A stretch of DNA of 64,000 bases from Pseudomonadales bacterium (GCA_965222065.1 OZ244933.1:1912538-1976537); one strand, 5' to 3'; positions 27,907 to 38,466 are shown, numbered from the stretch's first letter. The notes: generated by a model from the sequence alone, not told the origin. Numbers and translations: made by a program.

Positions 27907-28908
27907 CTAGATTTGACTGGCCAGTACTCCTGCCGTATCGAGCATGCGATTGGAGAAACCCCATTCGTTGTCATACCAGCCCAGTACTTTAACCTGTTTG
28001 CCGATCACTTTGGTCTGTTTTAAGTCGGCAATAGAGGAGGCAGGGTTATGGTTGAAGTCGATGCTGACCAGGGGAAGTTCGTTAATTTCCAGCACGCCCT
28101 TGTATTTCTCGGCACCGGCTTTCAGTGCAGCGTTAATTTCTTCAACGCTGGTCTCTTTTTTGGCTTCAAAGGTCAGGTCGAGCAGGGAGACATTGATCAC
28201 CGGAACGCGAATGGCCAGGCCATCCAACTTGCCGGCAAGTTCCGGAAGCACCAGGCCAACCGCAGCGGCAGCACCGGTCTTGGTAGGAATCAATGACTGG
28301 GTAGCCGAACGTGCCCGGTAAACATCACTGTGGTAAACGTCAGAGAGGTTCTGGTCGTTGGTGTAGGCATGGACGGTGTTGGCCAGGCCGCACTCAATGC
28401 CGACGGCATCATTGAGGGTCGCTGCAATAGGTGCCAGACAGTTCGTGGTACATGACGCATTGGACACCACGGTGTGCTCGGGTTTAAGCACATCATGATT
28501 GACGCCGTAAACGATGGTGGCATCCACGTTTTTGCCCGGCGCGGAGATCAGTACTTTTTTGGCGCCCGCTTCAATGTGTGCTGAGGCTGTTTCCTTGCTG
28601 GTAAAAATGCCGGTACATTCCATGACCAGGTCAACGCCTTCTGATGCCCAGGGAAGATTGGCAGGAGAGCGTTCGCTAAAGCACTTAATCTTGTGATTGC
28701 CGACCTGGATGGTTTGGCCATCGGTCGAGACATCAAGGCCCAGTGTTCCGTGAACCGAGTCGTATTTCAGCAGATGGGCATTCAGAGTGGGATCACCCAG
28801 ATCGTTAATGGCGACAATTTCGAAATTGGTTTCGTTTTGGCGCTCAAGCCAAGCCCTCAGGACATTTCTTCCGATGCGGCCAAAGCCATTAATGGCTACC
28901 TTGGTCAT
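27907..28908 (-). CDS. gap: Glyceraldehyde-3-phosphate dehydrogenase
   Basis: 333 aa. '[16 protein letters not shown]', active site '[12 protein letters not shown]' and '[11 protein letters not shown]'. Confidence 0.95.
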   Translation of the reverse strand: MTKVAINGFGRIGRNVLRAWLERQNETNFEIVAINDLGDPTLNAHLLKYDSVHGTLGLDVSTDGQTIQVGNHKIKCFSERSPANLPWASEGVDLVMECTGIFTSKETASAHIEAGAKKVLISAPGKNVDATIVYGVNHDVLKPEHTVVSNASCTTNCLAPIAATLNDAVGIECGLANTVHAYTNDQNLSDVYHSDVYRARSATQSLIPTKTGAAAAVGLVLPELAGKLDGLAIRVPVINVSLLDLTFEAKKETSVEEINAALKAGAEKYKGVLEINELPLVSIDFNHNPASSIADLKQTKVIGKQVKVLGWYDNEWGFSNRMLDTAGVLASQI

Positions 28909-29049
28909 GTATTACCCTCTAACAGTCTAAAAGCGCAACTATGCTACATTTTCTTTGCGTAATTGCAATATAGTTACATAAATGTATGAGATATTCCGCG
29001 CATAAAATCGCCATTGCGCCGAATGCCTTACTCACCTAAACTCCCCCCC

Positions 29050-29270
29050 AACCTGCTTGAGGTGCCTGAACCGGATACTGCCTTGTATTCGTTGGTCAGG
29101 TTAAACGGGAACTGTGGTGATTCTGTGTCAGAAGTTAAGGTAGACACAGCCCAATCCACGGCTGCCCCCGCAACGGTGATGGACGTTTTCAACTTTTATA
29201 GATAGCGCCCTAAGCCCGATACCGGCCTGCAAAGTAGCGAGCTTGAACTCCCTGTCCTGATAGGGAGTTC
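29050..29270 (+). promoter_or_regulatory. Cobalamin (B12) riboswitch leader of btuB
   Basis: Conserved core 'TTAAACGGGAACTGTGGTGA' and 'GCTGCCCCCGCAACGGTGA'. B12-box-like 'AAGCCCGATACCGGCCTGC' at 29212-29230. Followed by a 9-bp hairpin GAACTCCCT/AGGGAGTTC (29245-29270). Located upstream of a TonB-dependent receptor and cob genes. Confidence 0.8.
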
Positions 29271-29413
29271 TCCAAGACGAAGCGGAGGGCTTTGTCGTGG
29301 GCCGTCACTGTTTTGATATCCCCGCATTTTCCTCCCTCAGTCGCGAACGTCTGGGCCGCATCCTCATGGGTTTGCTCCGGACAATTGTTGTTTTACGCAA
29401 TTGAGGAATACTT

Positions 29414-31276
29414 ATGAATAACAATAAATTTAAAGTGGCGTTGACCACTGCCATCTTCTCTTTACCTGTCGCTGCACAGGAATCAACTGCAACTCAACCC
29501 GAAGGACTGGAAGAGGTGGTCATCACTTCCAGCCGGGTCGAACAACCGCTTCGTGAAGTGGCAACCTCAGTCTCCGTGATCACCCGCGAGGACTTGGAGC
29601 TTAAGGGTTATACCTCGCTGGCCGATGTGCTCAGAACCCAGACCAGCATTGGCGTAAGTAACCAGGGGGGCACCGGGGCGGTGACCAGTCTGCGTATCCG
29701 CGGTGAAGAAGGCTACCGAACCCTGGTCATGATTGATGGGGTGGATATGTCTGACCCTACTGGAACCCAGGTTGGTCCGCTGGTCCAGAATCTGGCCAAT
29801 ACCCAGGACATTGAACGTATTGAAATCCTGCGCGGGGCACAAGGCTTCCTTTATGGTGCGGATGCTGGTGGAGTCATCAATGTGATTACCCGAAGTGGCA
29901 CGGAAGGTCTTTCCGGAAATGCGTCCGTAGAGACCGGTGCGGACGGAACCATGAATCTTGGCGGTAATGTACGCGGGGGCACGGATAACCTGGATTTTTC
30001 CCTGGCGGTGACCGATACATCCACAGATGGGTTTAATTCGCGATCGGACGACACGGTTCTGCAAGATGATGACGGTGCAGAAAATACCAGTATTCATTTT
30101 AAGGGTGGCATGAAAATCAGCCCGGACCTGTCGGCGACACTGGTTTACCGGGATATCGACGCGGTCAGTGAATATGACAGCTGCTATACCGCCACGTCGA
30201 CACTCTCCAATGACTGCCTGGGCGAAACCAGGCATGAAACTGCCAGGCTCAGCCTGGACTATGTGACCGGCGTGGTTGGCCACACATTTGCCTATGCTGT
30301 CACGGACGTCCAGCGCGATTATTTCACTGAAAATACATTAAGTTACGGCACTGAGGGTAAGACCTCCCAGGCGGAGTATGTTGGCAACCTGCAAATTTCG
30401 GATAGCCAGCAGTTGGTGTTTGGGTCGGATTACCAGAAGGATGAAATCTCGGCGACCGGCAGCGAGTCCGACCAGGACCAACTGGGCGTTTTTGCTGAGT
30501 ATCAAAGCGGGTTTAACGAGGTTGTATTTGTTACCGCGGGTCTGCGCTACGACGATAATTCGGATTTTGGCAAGCACATCAGTTACCGGGCTTCTGCTGC
30601 CTTCGTACAGGATTTGGCCTCTGGCGACAGTATTAAATACCGAGCCACCTACGGCACCGGCTTTCGGGCGCCCAGTCTCAGTGAAGTTGCCTACAACGCA
30701 GGCCCCTTTGGCAATGGTGTTTCCCTGAAAGAAGAAACTAGCAGGGGATATGACCTGGGTGTGGATTACCTGATGCAAAATGGAGCGGAAATTCAGGTGA
30801 CTTACTTCGATCAGGAAATTGATAACGAAATCTATTTTGATCTGGTGACCTTTGGCGGCTATCTGCAAACCGGGGACCGGTCGACTTCCCGGGGTGTGGA
30901 AACCGCTGTTGAGTACCCGGTCAGCTCGCAAGTAAGCCTGATTGCCAATCACACCTATAACAAGACAGAAGACAGCACAGGAGACATTCGGGTGCGTCGC
31001 CCCAGGCATTTGGCCAACCTGGGAGTAGAGTTTGCGCTGCTGGACGCGCGCCTGAATATCCTTGCCAATGTGCGTGTGGCGCGCGATGCCGTGGATAATG
31101 GATCCGTGCCGCTGGATGACTACGAAGTGATTGATCTCAGTGCCAATTATCGATTGGCCAATGGTCTGGAGGCCTTTGGCCGCATTGAAAACCTGGCCGA
31201 TGAAGACTACGAGGAGGTGACGGGTTATAACACCCGCGATCGTTCGTTTTATGCGGGTATGCGCTACCGCTTCTAG
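29414..31276 (+). CDS. btuB: TonB-dependent vitamin B12 receptor
   Basis: 620 aa with signal peptide 'FSLPVAAQE' and TonB-box/plug 'EEVVITSSRVEQPL'. 'IEILRGAQGFLYGADAGGVINVIT'. C-terminal 'AGMRYRF'. Riboswitch upstream. Confidence 0.88.
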   Translation: MNNNKFKVALTTAIFSLPVAAQESTATQPEGLEEVVITSSRVEQPLREVATSVSVITREDLELKGYTSLADVLRTQTSIGVSNQGGTGAVTSLRIRGEEGYRTLVMIDGVDMSDPTGTQVGPLVQNLANTQDIERIEILRGAQGFLYGADAGGVINVITRSGTEGLSGNASVETGADGTMNLGGNVRGGTDNLDFSLAVTDTSTDGFNSRSDDTVLQDDDGAENTSIHFKGGMKISPDLSATLVYRDIDAVSEYDSCYTATSTLSNDCLGETRHETARLSLDYVTGVVGHTFAYAVTDVQRDYFTENTLSYGTEGKTSQAEYVGNLQISDSQQLVFGSDYQKDEISATGSESDQDQLGVFAEYQSGFNEVVFVTAGLRYDDNSDFGKHISYRASAAFVQDLASGDSIKYRATYGTGFRAPSLSEVAYNAGPFGNGVSLKEETSRGYDLGVDYLMQNGAEIQVTYFDQEIDNEIYFDLVTFGGYLQTGDRSTSRGVETAVEYPVSSQVSLIANHTYNKTEDSTGDIRVRRPRHLANLGVEFALLDARLNILANVRVARDAVDNGSVPLDDYEVIDLSANYRLANGLEAFGRIENLADEDYEEVTGYNTRDRSFYAGMRYRF

Positions 31277-31430
31277 GACCAGCTAGCTAATTCGCTATGG
31301 CGTCGTTAAATTTGACCTCAGAATGCTCATTTATTTTTTATAAAATCCGCTTCTTTGATCAAATTTGCCTGGCCATCCCTTCAACGCTAACGCTGGTCTA
31401 TTCATATAGATTCTTCGGATACTGAACAGA

Positions 31431-32030
31431 ATGGATAAAAACCAAAAACACAAACAGGCCATGCAAAAACAGAAGGCCCGGGTCGATGCCCATATTGAAG
31501 CGGCGGATGTGGACCGGGGCGTTCTGGTATTGCTCACAGGAAATGGCAAGGGCAAGAGCAGTTCGGCGTTCGGGATGGTCATGCGCGCACTGGGCTATGG
31601 ACACAAGGTTGGTGTGGTGCAATTTATCAAGGGCCAGCAGCTTTCGGGTGAGGAGATCTATCTCAAGGAGCATTGCCCGCAGGTAAGTTTTTACCAGATG
31701 GGAACAGGGTTCACCTGGAACACCCAGGACCGAACGTCAGATATTGAGGCGGCCGAACGCACCTGGGCGCAGGCCGCGCCGATGCTTGGCGACCCGTCCT
31801 ATGACCTGGTGGTGCTCGACGAGATTACCTACATGATTGCCTACAAGTACCTGGACGAAAACATGATCCTGGACGCGCTTAAAAACCGTCCGGAACACCA
31901 GAGCGTGGTGGTCACCGGGCGCGGCGGTGGTTCGGCACTTCAGGAATTGGCCGATACGGTGTCGGAAGTCAGGGAAACAAAGCATGCCTTTAAGTCGGGC
32001 ATCATGGCCAGGAAGGGAGTGGATTATTAG
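31431..32030 (+). CDS. cobO: Cob(I)yrinic acid a,c-diamide adenosyltransferase
   Basis: 199 aa. P-loop '[12 protein letters not shown]', 'VVQFIKG' and 'LVVLDEITY' are typical of BtuR/CobO. Confidence 0.9.
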   Translation: MDKNQKHKQAMQKQKARVDAHIEAADVDRGVLVLLTGNGKGKSSSAFGMVMRALGYGHKVGVVQFIKGQQLSGEEIYLKEHCPQVSFYQMGTGFTWNTQDRTSDIEAAERTWAQAAPMLGDPSYDLVVLDEITYMIAYKYLDENMILDALKNRPEHQSVVVTGRGGGSALQELADTVSEVRETKHAFKSGIMARKGVDY

Positions 32031-32040
32031 CCGCGCGCTG

Positions 32041-33540
32041 ATGGTTCAGGGCACCACATCCGATGCTGGCAAGACCACATTGGTGGCGGCGCTTTGCCGC
32101 GTTTTTGCACGCCAGGGGGTAAGGGTTGCGCCTTTTAAACCCCAGAATATGGCGCTAAACAGTGCGGTGACCCCGGAAGGTGGTGAAATCGGTCGCTCCC
32201 AGGCCTTGCAGGCCCTGGCGGCGAACATCGAGGCGCACACGGATATGAACCCGATTTTGCTCAAGCCCAACTCGGATACCGGGGCGCAGATTATTGTTCA
32301 TGGAAAGGCACTAACGACCATGGAGGCCCGCGAGTACCAGGCCTTCAAGGGCAAAGGGCTGGAATACGCGCTGGACTCCTATCGTCGACTGTCCGCCAGT
32401 TACGAACTGGTATTGGTCGAAGGCGCCGGAAGCCCCGCAGAGATCAACTTGCGGGACAGGGATATTGCCAATATGGGTTTTGCCGAAGCCGTGGATTGTC
32501 CGGTGATTCTGGTGGCAGACATTGATCGTGGCGGCGTCTTCGCCCACTTGATAGGAACCCTGTCTTTGCTGTCTGAGTCTGAACAGCGTCGTGTTGTGGG
32601 TTTTGTGATCAATCGATTTCGCGGTGATTTGTCCATTCTGGAGCCCGGGCTGACCTGGCTGGAAGAAAAAACCGGCAAGCCCGTACTTGGCGTACTTCCC
32701 TATTTGTCTAATTTGCGGCTCGACCAGGAAGATGCGATTGATAGCAGTCAGGATCTAGCTGCAACAAATGAAGATCCTTCGTCTCTAGGCAGGCTGAAAG
32801 TAAAAGTCCCGGTCTTCCCGCGAATCAGCAACCACACGGATTTTGATGGATTGCGAATGCACCCACAGGTGGACCTGGAGTTTATCGGGGAAGGCGGGGA
32901 GCTCTCTGGCGCCGACTTGATCATCCTGCCCGGTTCCAAGAGTGTTCGCGCCGATCTCCAGTGGCTCAAGAGCCAGGGATTTGTTGAGCAGATTGCGCGG
33001 CATCTGCGCTACGGCGGAAAATTGTTGGGTATCTGTGGCGGCTTCCAGATGCTTGGCAACACGCTCCTGGATCCCCAGGGGATTGAAGGCTCGCCAGGAG
33101 AATCAGAAGGAATGGGATTACTGGATATCTCGACAGAGCTGGGGCCGGAAAAAATACTTAAACGGGTTTCCGGTGCGCTTGCCTTTGGAGAGGAGGCCCA
33201 GCTGGAGGGCTATGAAATCCACTGTGGTCAAACAACGGGCGCTGCACTGAAGAAGCCATTTGCCCTGGTCGATGGTGAGCAGGATGGTGTGGTCAGCGAG
33301 GACGGTAATATCCTGGGCACCTACATTCATGGGTTGTTTGATCAACCGGATGCATTGGGTGCGCTTTTGCAGTGGGCGGGGTTACAGGACATCGTGAGGC
33401 TTCATCGAGCGGCCTTGCGTGAGTCTGAACTAAACCGGCTGGCGGATATGCTGGAAAGCCATATGGACTGGACAAAATTTACCCAGGCAACCGGGCTGGA
33501 TGCCCCGGGGGCTGATCTTTGCTCGGTCTCGGGAGTCTGA
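32041..33540 (+). CDS. cobQ: Cobyric acid synthase
   Basis: Start chosen at '[20 protein letters not shown]'; the track ORF begins at 31927 inside cobO. '[14 protein letters not shown]' and the glutamine amidotransferase motif '[10 protein letters not shown]'. Confidence 0.9.
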   Translation: MVQGTTSDAGKTTLVAALCRVFARQGVRVAPFKPQNMALNSAVTPEGGEIGRSQALQALAANIEAHTDMNPILLKPNSDTGAQIIVHGKALTTMEAREYQAFKGKGLEYALDSYRRLSASYELVLVEGAGSPAEINLRDRDIANMGFAEAVDCPVILVADIDRGGVFAHLIGTLSLLSESEQRRVVGFVINRFRGDLSILEPGLTWLEEKTGKPVLGVLPYLSNLRLDQEDAIDSSQDLAATNEDPSSLGRLKVKVPVFPRISNHTDFDGLRMHPQVDLEFIGEGGELSGADLIILPGSKSVRADLQWLKSQGFVEQIARHLRYGGKLLGICGGFQMLGNTLLDPQGIEGSPGESEGMGLLDISTELGPEKILKRVSGALAFGEEAQLEGYEIHCGQTTGAALKKPFALVDGEQDGVVSEDGNILGTYIHGLFDQPDALGALLQWAGLQDIVRLHRAALRESELNRLADMLESHMDWTKFTQATGLDAPGADLCSVSGV

Positions 33541-34570
33541 ATTGCGTTTGCTTGAGGGCAACAAATTCTGCTGGCTACTGCTAGCCAGCATACTGCCTGT
33601 TATGTTGCTGGCCATTGCTGTCGGGCCGGTCGATTTTTCCATGGCGGACCTGTTCAGCGGACAAAACACCCAGTCGGCGTTGATCCTTTGGGAAATTCGA
33701 ATCCCGCGCGCATTGCTCTCGGCGCTGGTCGGCGCGGTACTGGCCGTCTCGGGTGCAGTGATGCAAGGGCTGTTTCGCAACCCATTGGCCGACCCCAGCC
33801 TGATTGGGGTCAGTGCCGGAGCCTCCGTGGGCGCCAGCCTGGCCATTCTGACGGGGGGGTATCTGGCAACGTTTCTGGGCGGATGGCTTTCGGTATCGAC
33901 CCTCAGTGGCCTTTCATTGATCTCTATTGGCGCGTTTATTGGCGGGGCAGGGGCTGTGATCCTGGTTTACCGCTTGTCGACGTCGCCCTACCAGGGAACA
34001 TCCGTTGCCACCATGTTATTGGTCGGCATCGCCATCAGCGCCCTGGCGGCGGCCCTGAATAACCTGATGAGTTTTATGGCAAACAATGAAATGTTGCGTC
34101 GCATGAGCCTGTGGCAAATGGGCAACCTGGATTTGGCTAACTGGAACCGGGTCTGGCTTTGCGCAGCGATGCTGGGGCTCTTCCTGCTTTTATTGCGTGG
34201 CCAGGCAAACAACCTGAATGCCTTGCTGTTGGGCGAATCTGAAGCGCGTCACCTGGGGGTGAATGTGCAGGTAATGAAACGCCGGATTATTCTGCTGTCC
34301 GCACTGGGAGTGGGTGTTTCCACGGCACTGGCGGGGACAATCGCCTTTGTCGGATTGATCGTGCCCCACATGGTTCGTCTGATTTCCGGTCCGGACCATC
34401 GCAGCCTGTTGCTGGCCTCCGGGTTGCTCGGTGCCATATTGCTGGTATTGGCTGACCTGCTGGCGCGCCTGGTTATCGCTCCCGCTGAGTTGCCAGTGGG
34501 GGTCATTACCGCATTTTTGGGCGTGCCCTTTTTTATCTACCTGTTGAGGCAAACAAAAAATGCCCGGTAA
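33500..34570 (+). CDS. btuC: ABC transporter permease, FecCD/BtuC family
   Basis: 356-aa polytopic protein. '[43 protein letters not shown]' and '[16 protein letters not shown]'. The 5' end overlaps cobQ by 41 nt, so the true start may be later. Confidence 0.85.
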   Translation: MPRGLIFARSRESELRLLEGNKFCWLLLASILPVMLLAIAVGPVDFSMADLFSGQNTQSALILWEIRIPRALLSALVGAVLAVSGAVMQGLFRNPLADPSLIGVSAGASVGASLAILTGGYLATFLGGWLSVSTLSGLSLISIGAFIGGAGAVILVYRLSTSPYQGTSVATMLLVGIAISALAAALNNLMSFMANNEMLRRMSLWQMGNLDLANWNRVWLCAAMLGLFLLLLRGQANNLNALLLGESEARHLGVNVQVMKRRIILLSALGVGVSTALAGTIAFVGLIVPHMVRLISGPDHRSLLLASGLLGAILLVLADLLARLVIAPAELPVGVITAFLGVPFFIYLLRQTKNAR

Positions 34571-35363
34571 AACGCACCCATTGTTGCAGATCGATGCAGC
34601 GACGGTGGATATCGGTGATGTTCGCTTGCTGGATCGGGTCAGCCTGTCGCTGGAGCCGGGTGAGGTCATGGCCCTGGTCGGTCCCAACGGGGCCGGCAAG
34701 AGTACCCTGATTCGCGCCATCTCCGGTGAGCAGCCGCTGTCTTCCGGGCAAATCATCTTTCATGGTCAGGCGATGCAGGACTGGCCATTATCCTCGCTGG
34801 CCGTCCATGCCGCCTTTATGCCACAACAGTCAGTCCTGGCATTCCCTTTTACGGCCAGGGAGGTGGTGGCGCTGGGGCGAATCCCGCATTCGTCGGGATA
34901 CCTGGTCGATACGCAAGTGGTCGATGAGGTGCTGGATCGCCTTGATGTCCGGCATCTGGCTGACCGTATTTATCCCCGTTTATCCGGCGGCGAACGCCAG
35001 AGAGTACAGCTGGCTCGGGTACTGGCACAGATATGGAATCCGGCGAAAAAAACGCGCTTGCTAGTGCTTGATGAACCGACATCCAATTTTGATTTGGCAC
35101 ACCAGCAACTGGTGATCAATCTGTTGCGTGATGTCGCCAGCCAGGGCATATCGGTGCTGGTGGTTATGCACGATCTTAACCTGGCGTTAAGCTGTGCCGA
35201 TCGTATCGCCTTGCTTTGTTGTGGTCAGTTGCAAGCAGTAGGACAGCCGGAGTCTGTCCTTACGGAAGCCAATATCCGACAGGGTTTCGGTGTGAACGCC
35301 CGCTTTGTTGAGGATGGTTCAACTGGCCAAAAACATCTGGTATTTACCGGAGTGACACATTGA
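34560..35363 (+). CDS. btuD: ABC transporter ATP-binding protein (BtuD/HmuV-like)
   Basis: 267 aa. Walker A 'GPNGAGKST', signature 'LSGGERQRVQLARV' and Walker B 'LLVLDEPTS'. Confidence 0.88.
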   Translation: MPGKTHPLLQIDAATVDIGDVRLLDRVSLSLEPGEVMALVGPNGAGKSTLIRAISGEQPLSSGQIIFHGQAMQDWPLSSLAVHAAFMPQQSVLAFPFTAREVVALGRIPHSSGYLVDTQVVDEVLDRLDVRHLADRIYPRLSGGERQRVQLARVLAQIWNPAKKTRLLVLDEPTSNFDLAHQQLVINLLRDVASQGISVLVVMHDLNLALSCADRIALLCCGQLQAVGQPESVLTEANIRQGFGVNARFVEDGSTGQKHLVFTGVTH

Positions 35364-36208
35364 AGAGCGCTGTACGCCACATTATTTTGTTAGCCATGCT
35401 GCTTTTTTCGGCCTTGGCGAGCAGCCAGGAACGCATCATCAGCCTTGCGCCACATATCACTGAATTACTGTTTTCGGTGGGGGCGGGAGATGACATTGTC
35501 GGTGTCATGAGTCATAGCAATTATCCCGAGGCGGCCAGGGCTATCCCGGTGATCGGCACCAATGAAAAACTCAACTATGAGCAGATTATTTCGCTTCGAC
35601 CCACCCTGGTCGTCGGCTGGGAAGGGGGGAACAGTTCCGATGCCATGGCCCGTTTAAGATCGCTGGGCATTCGGGTGGAAAGTCACAACCCGCATACGCT
35701 GGAAGACGTGGGTGAAAGCTTGCGCTGGATCGGTGAAATCAGTGGGCACCAGTCAGAGGGACAGGCTGAGAGTGAAAAGTATTTTGCCCGCTTGGCCGAG
35801 CTTAGGAGAGCTTATGCCGACAAACAGGAATTATCTGTTTATTACCAGATCTGGCATGAACCCCAGATGACCGTAAATGGCGATCATCTGATTTCGGATG
35901 TCATTCGCCTTTGTCGTGGTCGCAATGTCTTTTCAGGCGCCATCCCGCTGGTGCCAAGAATCAGTATGGAGTCGGTTATTCAACGTAACCCGGATGTCAT
36001 TCTGATGGCCGGTGAGCCCGGAGCACAGCCTGACCGGCTGGCAGGTTGGCAGCGCTGGACGTCATTGCCGGCAGTAGCTAATGACCACCTGTATGAAGTT
36101 CACCCCGACCTTTTACATCGGCACAGTGCCCGTATTCTGGACGGAACGGAAAAGGCCTGTCAGGCACTGGATAGTGCCCGCTCCGAAATACAAAGAGAGA
36201 GCAAGTAG
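35360..36208 (+). CDS. btuF: Periplasmic cobalamin-binding protein
   Basis: 282 aa with a signal peptide. 'ERIISLAPHITELLFSVGAGDDIVGV' and 'RPTLVVGW' fit the BtuF/class 8 substrate-binding fold. Last gene of the B12 locus. Confidence 0.8.
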   Translation: MKSAVRHIILLAMLLFSALASSQERIISLAPHITELLFSVGAGDDIVGVMSHSNYPEAARAIPVIGTNEKLNYEQIISLRPTLVVGWEGGNSSDAMARLRSLGIRVESHNPHTLEDVGESLRWIGEISGHQSEGQAESEKYFARLAELRRAYADKQELSVYYQIWHEPQMTVNGDHLISDVIRLCRGRNVFSGAIPLVPRISMESVIQRNPDVILMAGEPGAQPDRLAGWQRWTSLPAVANDHLYEVHPDLLHRHSARILDGTEKACQALDSARSEIQRESK

Positions 36209-36228
36209 AAGGTCCGTAGCCCGCTGAT

Positions 36229-36627
36229 TTAGTGCGGAGCGCTTTGGTCTTCTGCGCTTAGCGTTTCAATAATGCGTTTGTAGTTGCGGATGGCATCCTG
36301 CTCGGTTGCCGGGTCGGCGTTTTCAAAGAAACGCTTGATTTCGGCAACGGCCTCCATGGCTTTACCTTGACTCCAAAGGGCGTTGTACAGGCCGGTCGAC
36401 GCTTTGCTGTCGCCCGGGAACATCAGCACCAGCTGTTCAAAAACAACCGCTGCCTCCGGGTATTTTTCCTCGCAAAAATACGAGCCTCCCAGCATATAAA
36501 GGGCTGCACTGTTATGTGGCTCTGCACGTAACAATTCCAGCAGGATCCCCTGGGCTCGGGCTTCATTTTTTTCGTCGGAAGCCGCCTTGGCCTCCAGCAG
36601 CATGGCATCGGAATCAGAATCAGTCAT
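36229..36627 (-). CDS. TPR-repeat protein
   Basis: 132 aa, all-helical, with Ala/Tyr/Gly spacing typical of TPR ('ALYMLGGSYFCEEKYPEAAVVFEQL', 'GLYNALWSQGKAMEA'). Confidence 0.6.
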   Translation of the reverse strand: MTDSDSDAMLLEAKAASDEKNEARAQGILLELLRAEPHNSAALYMLGGSYFCEEKYPEAAVVFEQLVLMFPGDSKASTGLYNALWSQGKAMEAVAEIKRFFENADPATEQDAIRNYKRIIETLSAEDQSAPH

Positions 36628-36641
36628 GTCTCGGTGTGGAT

Positions 36642-37280
36642 TTAAATGTCTATGGGTTCGATAAGCCGTTTGCTGTTGTTCAGCACGTTGGCAACATCTC
36701 TTGACACAGGATAGTGCATGATTGGTGGTGATGTCAGGTCGAGTAGCATGGATTGCGTGTCACGGGTGTCGATATCCAGCCAGAGTCGGGCAGACTCCGG
36801 AGTCAGCAGAACCGGCATGCGGGGATGAATGTTGGCGATATCGTCGTCGGCAGGGCGGGTGATCATGGTGCAGGAGTAAAGCCCCTCCGGTCCCCACTTG
36901 TCGTAAATACCGGCGACGACCAGTCCCTGGCGATCCCTGGCCTGGAAGAAATAGGGTTGTCTGTCGCCTTTTGGACCGGTCCATTCGTAATAGCCCAGCA
37001 TGGGAATCAGGCAGCGCTGTTTGTTCTCCCAGGCGTCACGAAAGGCGGGCTTTTCATGGATCGATTCAACCTGGGCCTTAAACGTGGCGTATTCCGAGAC
37101 AAATTCACTGGACCAGTGGGGGATCAGACCCCAGCGCATGGCTTTTCCCGCAGGAGAGCGGAACGCCGCAATGGTCTGGCCGGGTGAGACATTGTAGCCG
37201 TAATCGATATCTGGCCAGATTTTGAGAAAGTCAGACCACCCGGATAAGGGTGGCGTCTTGTTGGCAAATCGCCCGGGCAT
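36642..37280 (-). CDS. SRAP (SOS-response-associated peptidase/YedK) family protein lacking the catalytic Cys2
   Basis: 212 aa. Aligns along its length with YedK ('YNVSPGQ', 'GYYEW', 'NIHPRMPVLL', 'YPVSRDVANVLNN'). It begins MPGRF (ATG CCC GGG) instead of the invariant MCGRF. The 'NARVE' motif reads 'KAQVE'. Confidence 0.8.
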   Translation of the reverse strand: MPGRFANKTPPLSGWSDFLKIWPDIDYGYNVSPGQTIAAFRSPAGKAMRWGLIPHWSSEFVSEYATFKAQVESIHEKPAFRDAWENKQRCLIPMLGYYEWTGPKGDRQPYFFQARDRQGLVVAGIYDKWGPEGLYSCTMITRPADDDIANIHPRMPVLLTPESARLWLDIDTRDTQSMLLDLTSPPIMHYPVSRDVANVLNNSKRLIEPIDI

Positions 37281-37288
37281 AAAGGAAT

Positions 37289-38356
37289 TTAGTGAGTAAA
37301 GCGCTCGAGATGCTCAGGGCCCCTGGCCTGTAGCTTGATTAGATGCTGGTGCGCCAGTCGCAGTGCAGAGGTCGGGCTCGCAGGAGGATTGTCTTTTGGG
37401 AACTGCACGATGGCGATGCTGACAGTCATCGGGTTGCCTTCAAGGCCCTTGATGTTAAGGGCTTTAAAGCCGGTCTGGATTTTGGTGGAAACATATTTCA
37501 GCTTTTCATCGTCCACATGATCGAAAATCACCATAAAACCGACACCGTGGGTTCGACCGATGGAAAAGTGCTGGTTGGGGGGCAGCAGGGAAGAAATGGT
37601 ATTGGCTGCCTGAATCAGAAGTGCATCGCCTGCTTCTTCTCCGTTGGCATCGTTGTATTCCACAAAGCCATCAATCCCGACAGATATTATGCCCGGCAGC
37701 TCCTTGTCGAGCTCCTGGGCTTTTTTGGTTTTCTCCCAAAACAGATTGCGCAAAAAATAACGATTCGGCAGGCCGGTTAGCTCATCCAGGCTGGATTTTC
37801 CCCTGAATATCGATATCAGCTTTTCCTGATGTCTGCTGAGATAAATGACCCCGGTGGCAACAATAATGGCGTTGAGAATCAGTGTTGCCGCATTCAGTAA
37901 ATCCATCGTGCTGGCGTCCCTTATCTGGAGGCCAGGTGCAAGAATGGTGATGGCCGCAATTGCCATGGCAATAATGATACTGTGGACAATGGCTGCATTG
38001 GCGGACATCGTCAGGGCGCAAAGGGCCGGAAGCAGGGCAATAAAGTGGGAGGCCGGGGTGTTGATGCCGTCCTGGGTGTAGCAGGTTGCGATCAGCATGA
38101 CCAGTAACCCACCCAACAACATATGTGGTGCCAGCCAATAATACTGATGCCAGCGGGAGATAACATAGGACAGAATAAGGTAAGACAGGAACAGCGCCTG
38201 TACATGAATAGGGAATAACGGCTCTCGCCCGGAAATAACCTGTGGAAGTGTAAAGGCCACCACCAGGAGGCCCCCGATAACGACCCAGACGAATCGCAAC
38301 ATCTTCCTGCGATGCGAATGAAGGTCTAATGCGATAAAGCTTTGACCAACAGACAT
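37289..38356 (-). CDS. Membrane protein with C-terminal degenerate GGDEF domain
   Basis: 355 aa with ~6 N-terminal TM helices. GGDEF-domain start 'DELTGLPNRYFL' and 'ISVGIDGFVEYNDANGEEAGDALL'. The signature position reads 'GRTHGVGFMVIF' (HGVGF instead of GGDEF/GGEEF). Confidence 0.8.
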   Translation of the reverse strand: MSVGQSFIALDLHSHRRKMLRFVWVVIGGLLVVAFTLPQVISGREPLFPIHVQALFLSYLILSYVISRWHQYYWLAPHMLLGGLLVMLIATCYTQDGINTPASHFIALLPALCALTMSANAAIVHSIIIAMAIAAITILAPGLQIRDASTMDLLNAATLILNAIIVATGVIYLSRHQEKLISIFRGKSSLDELTGLPNRYFLRNLFWEKTKKAQELDKELPGIISVGIDGFVEYNDANGEEAGDALLIQAANTISSLLPPNQHFSIGRTHGVGFMVIFDHVDDEKLKYVSTKIQTGFKALNIKGLEGNPMTVSIAIVQFPKDNPPASPTSALRLAHQHLIKLQARGPEHLERFTH

Positions 38357-38466
38357 TGTATGTTTCCTTTACTTGACTTGCTAAATTAGCACATTGTGTC
38401 CAATTTACTAATCGTATTTAGTCAAAAGTCTTCCAGCAGCCTGTTCCTTGTATAAGAATAACCAAT

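Noticed and set aside
29014-29205. 63-aa ORF upstream of btuB
   Set aside because: It lies entirely within the sequence that carries the cobalamin riboswitch core motifs. It has no RBS and no similarity to anything. Treated as a spurious ORF over a structured RNA leader.
29245-29270. Hairpin after the B12 box as an intrinsic terminator
   Set aside because: The 9-bp stem is perfect, but it is not followed by a U-run. It is kept only as part of the riboswitch expression platform, not as a separate terminator call.
31927-32040. Track-annotated upstream extensions of cobQ (31927), rpsF (42352), rplI (42997), panC (45786), the cpxP-like gene (61062) and the ParA-like gene (43701)
   Set aside because: The extensions overlap the preceding genes or known terminators and precede the conserved family N-termini. 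Internal ATG codons matching those N-termini were used instead.
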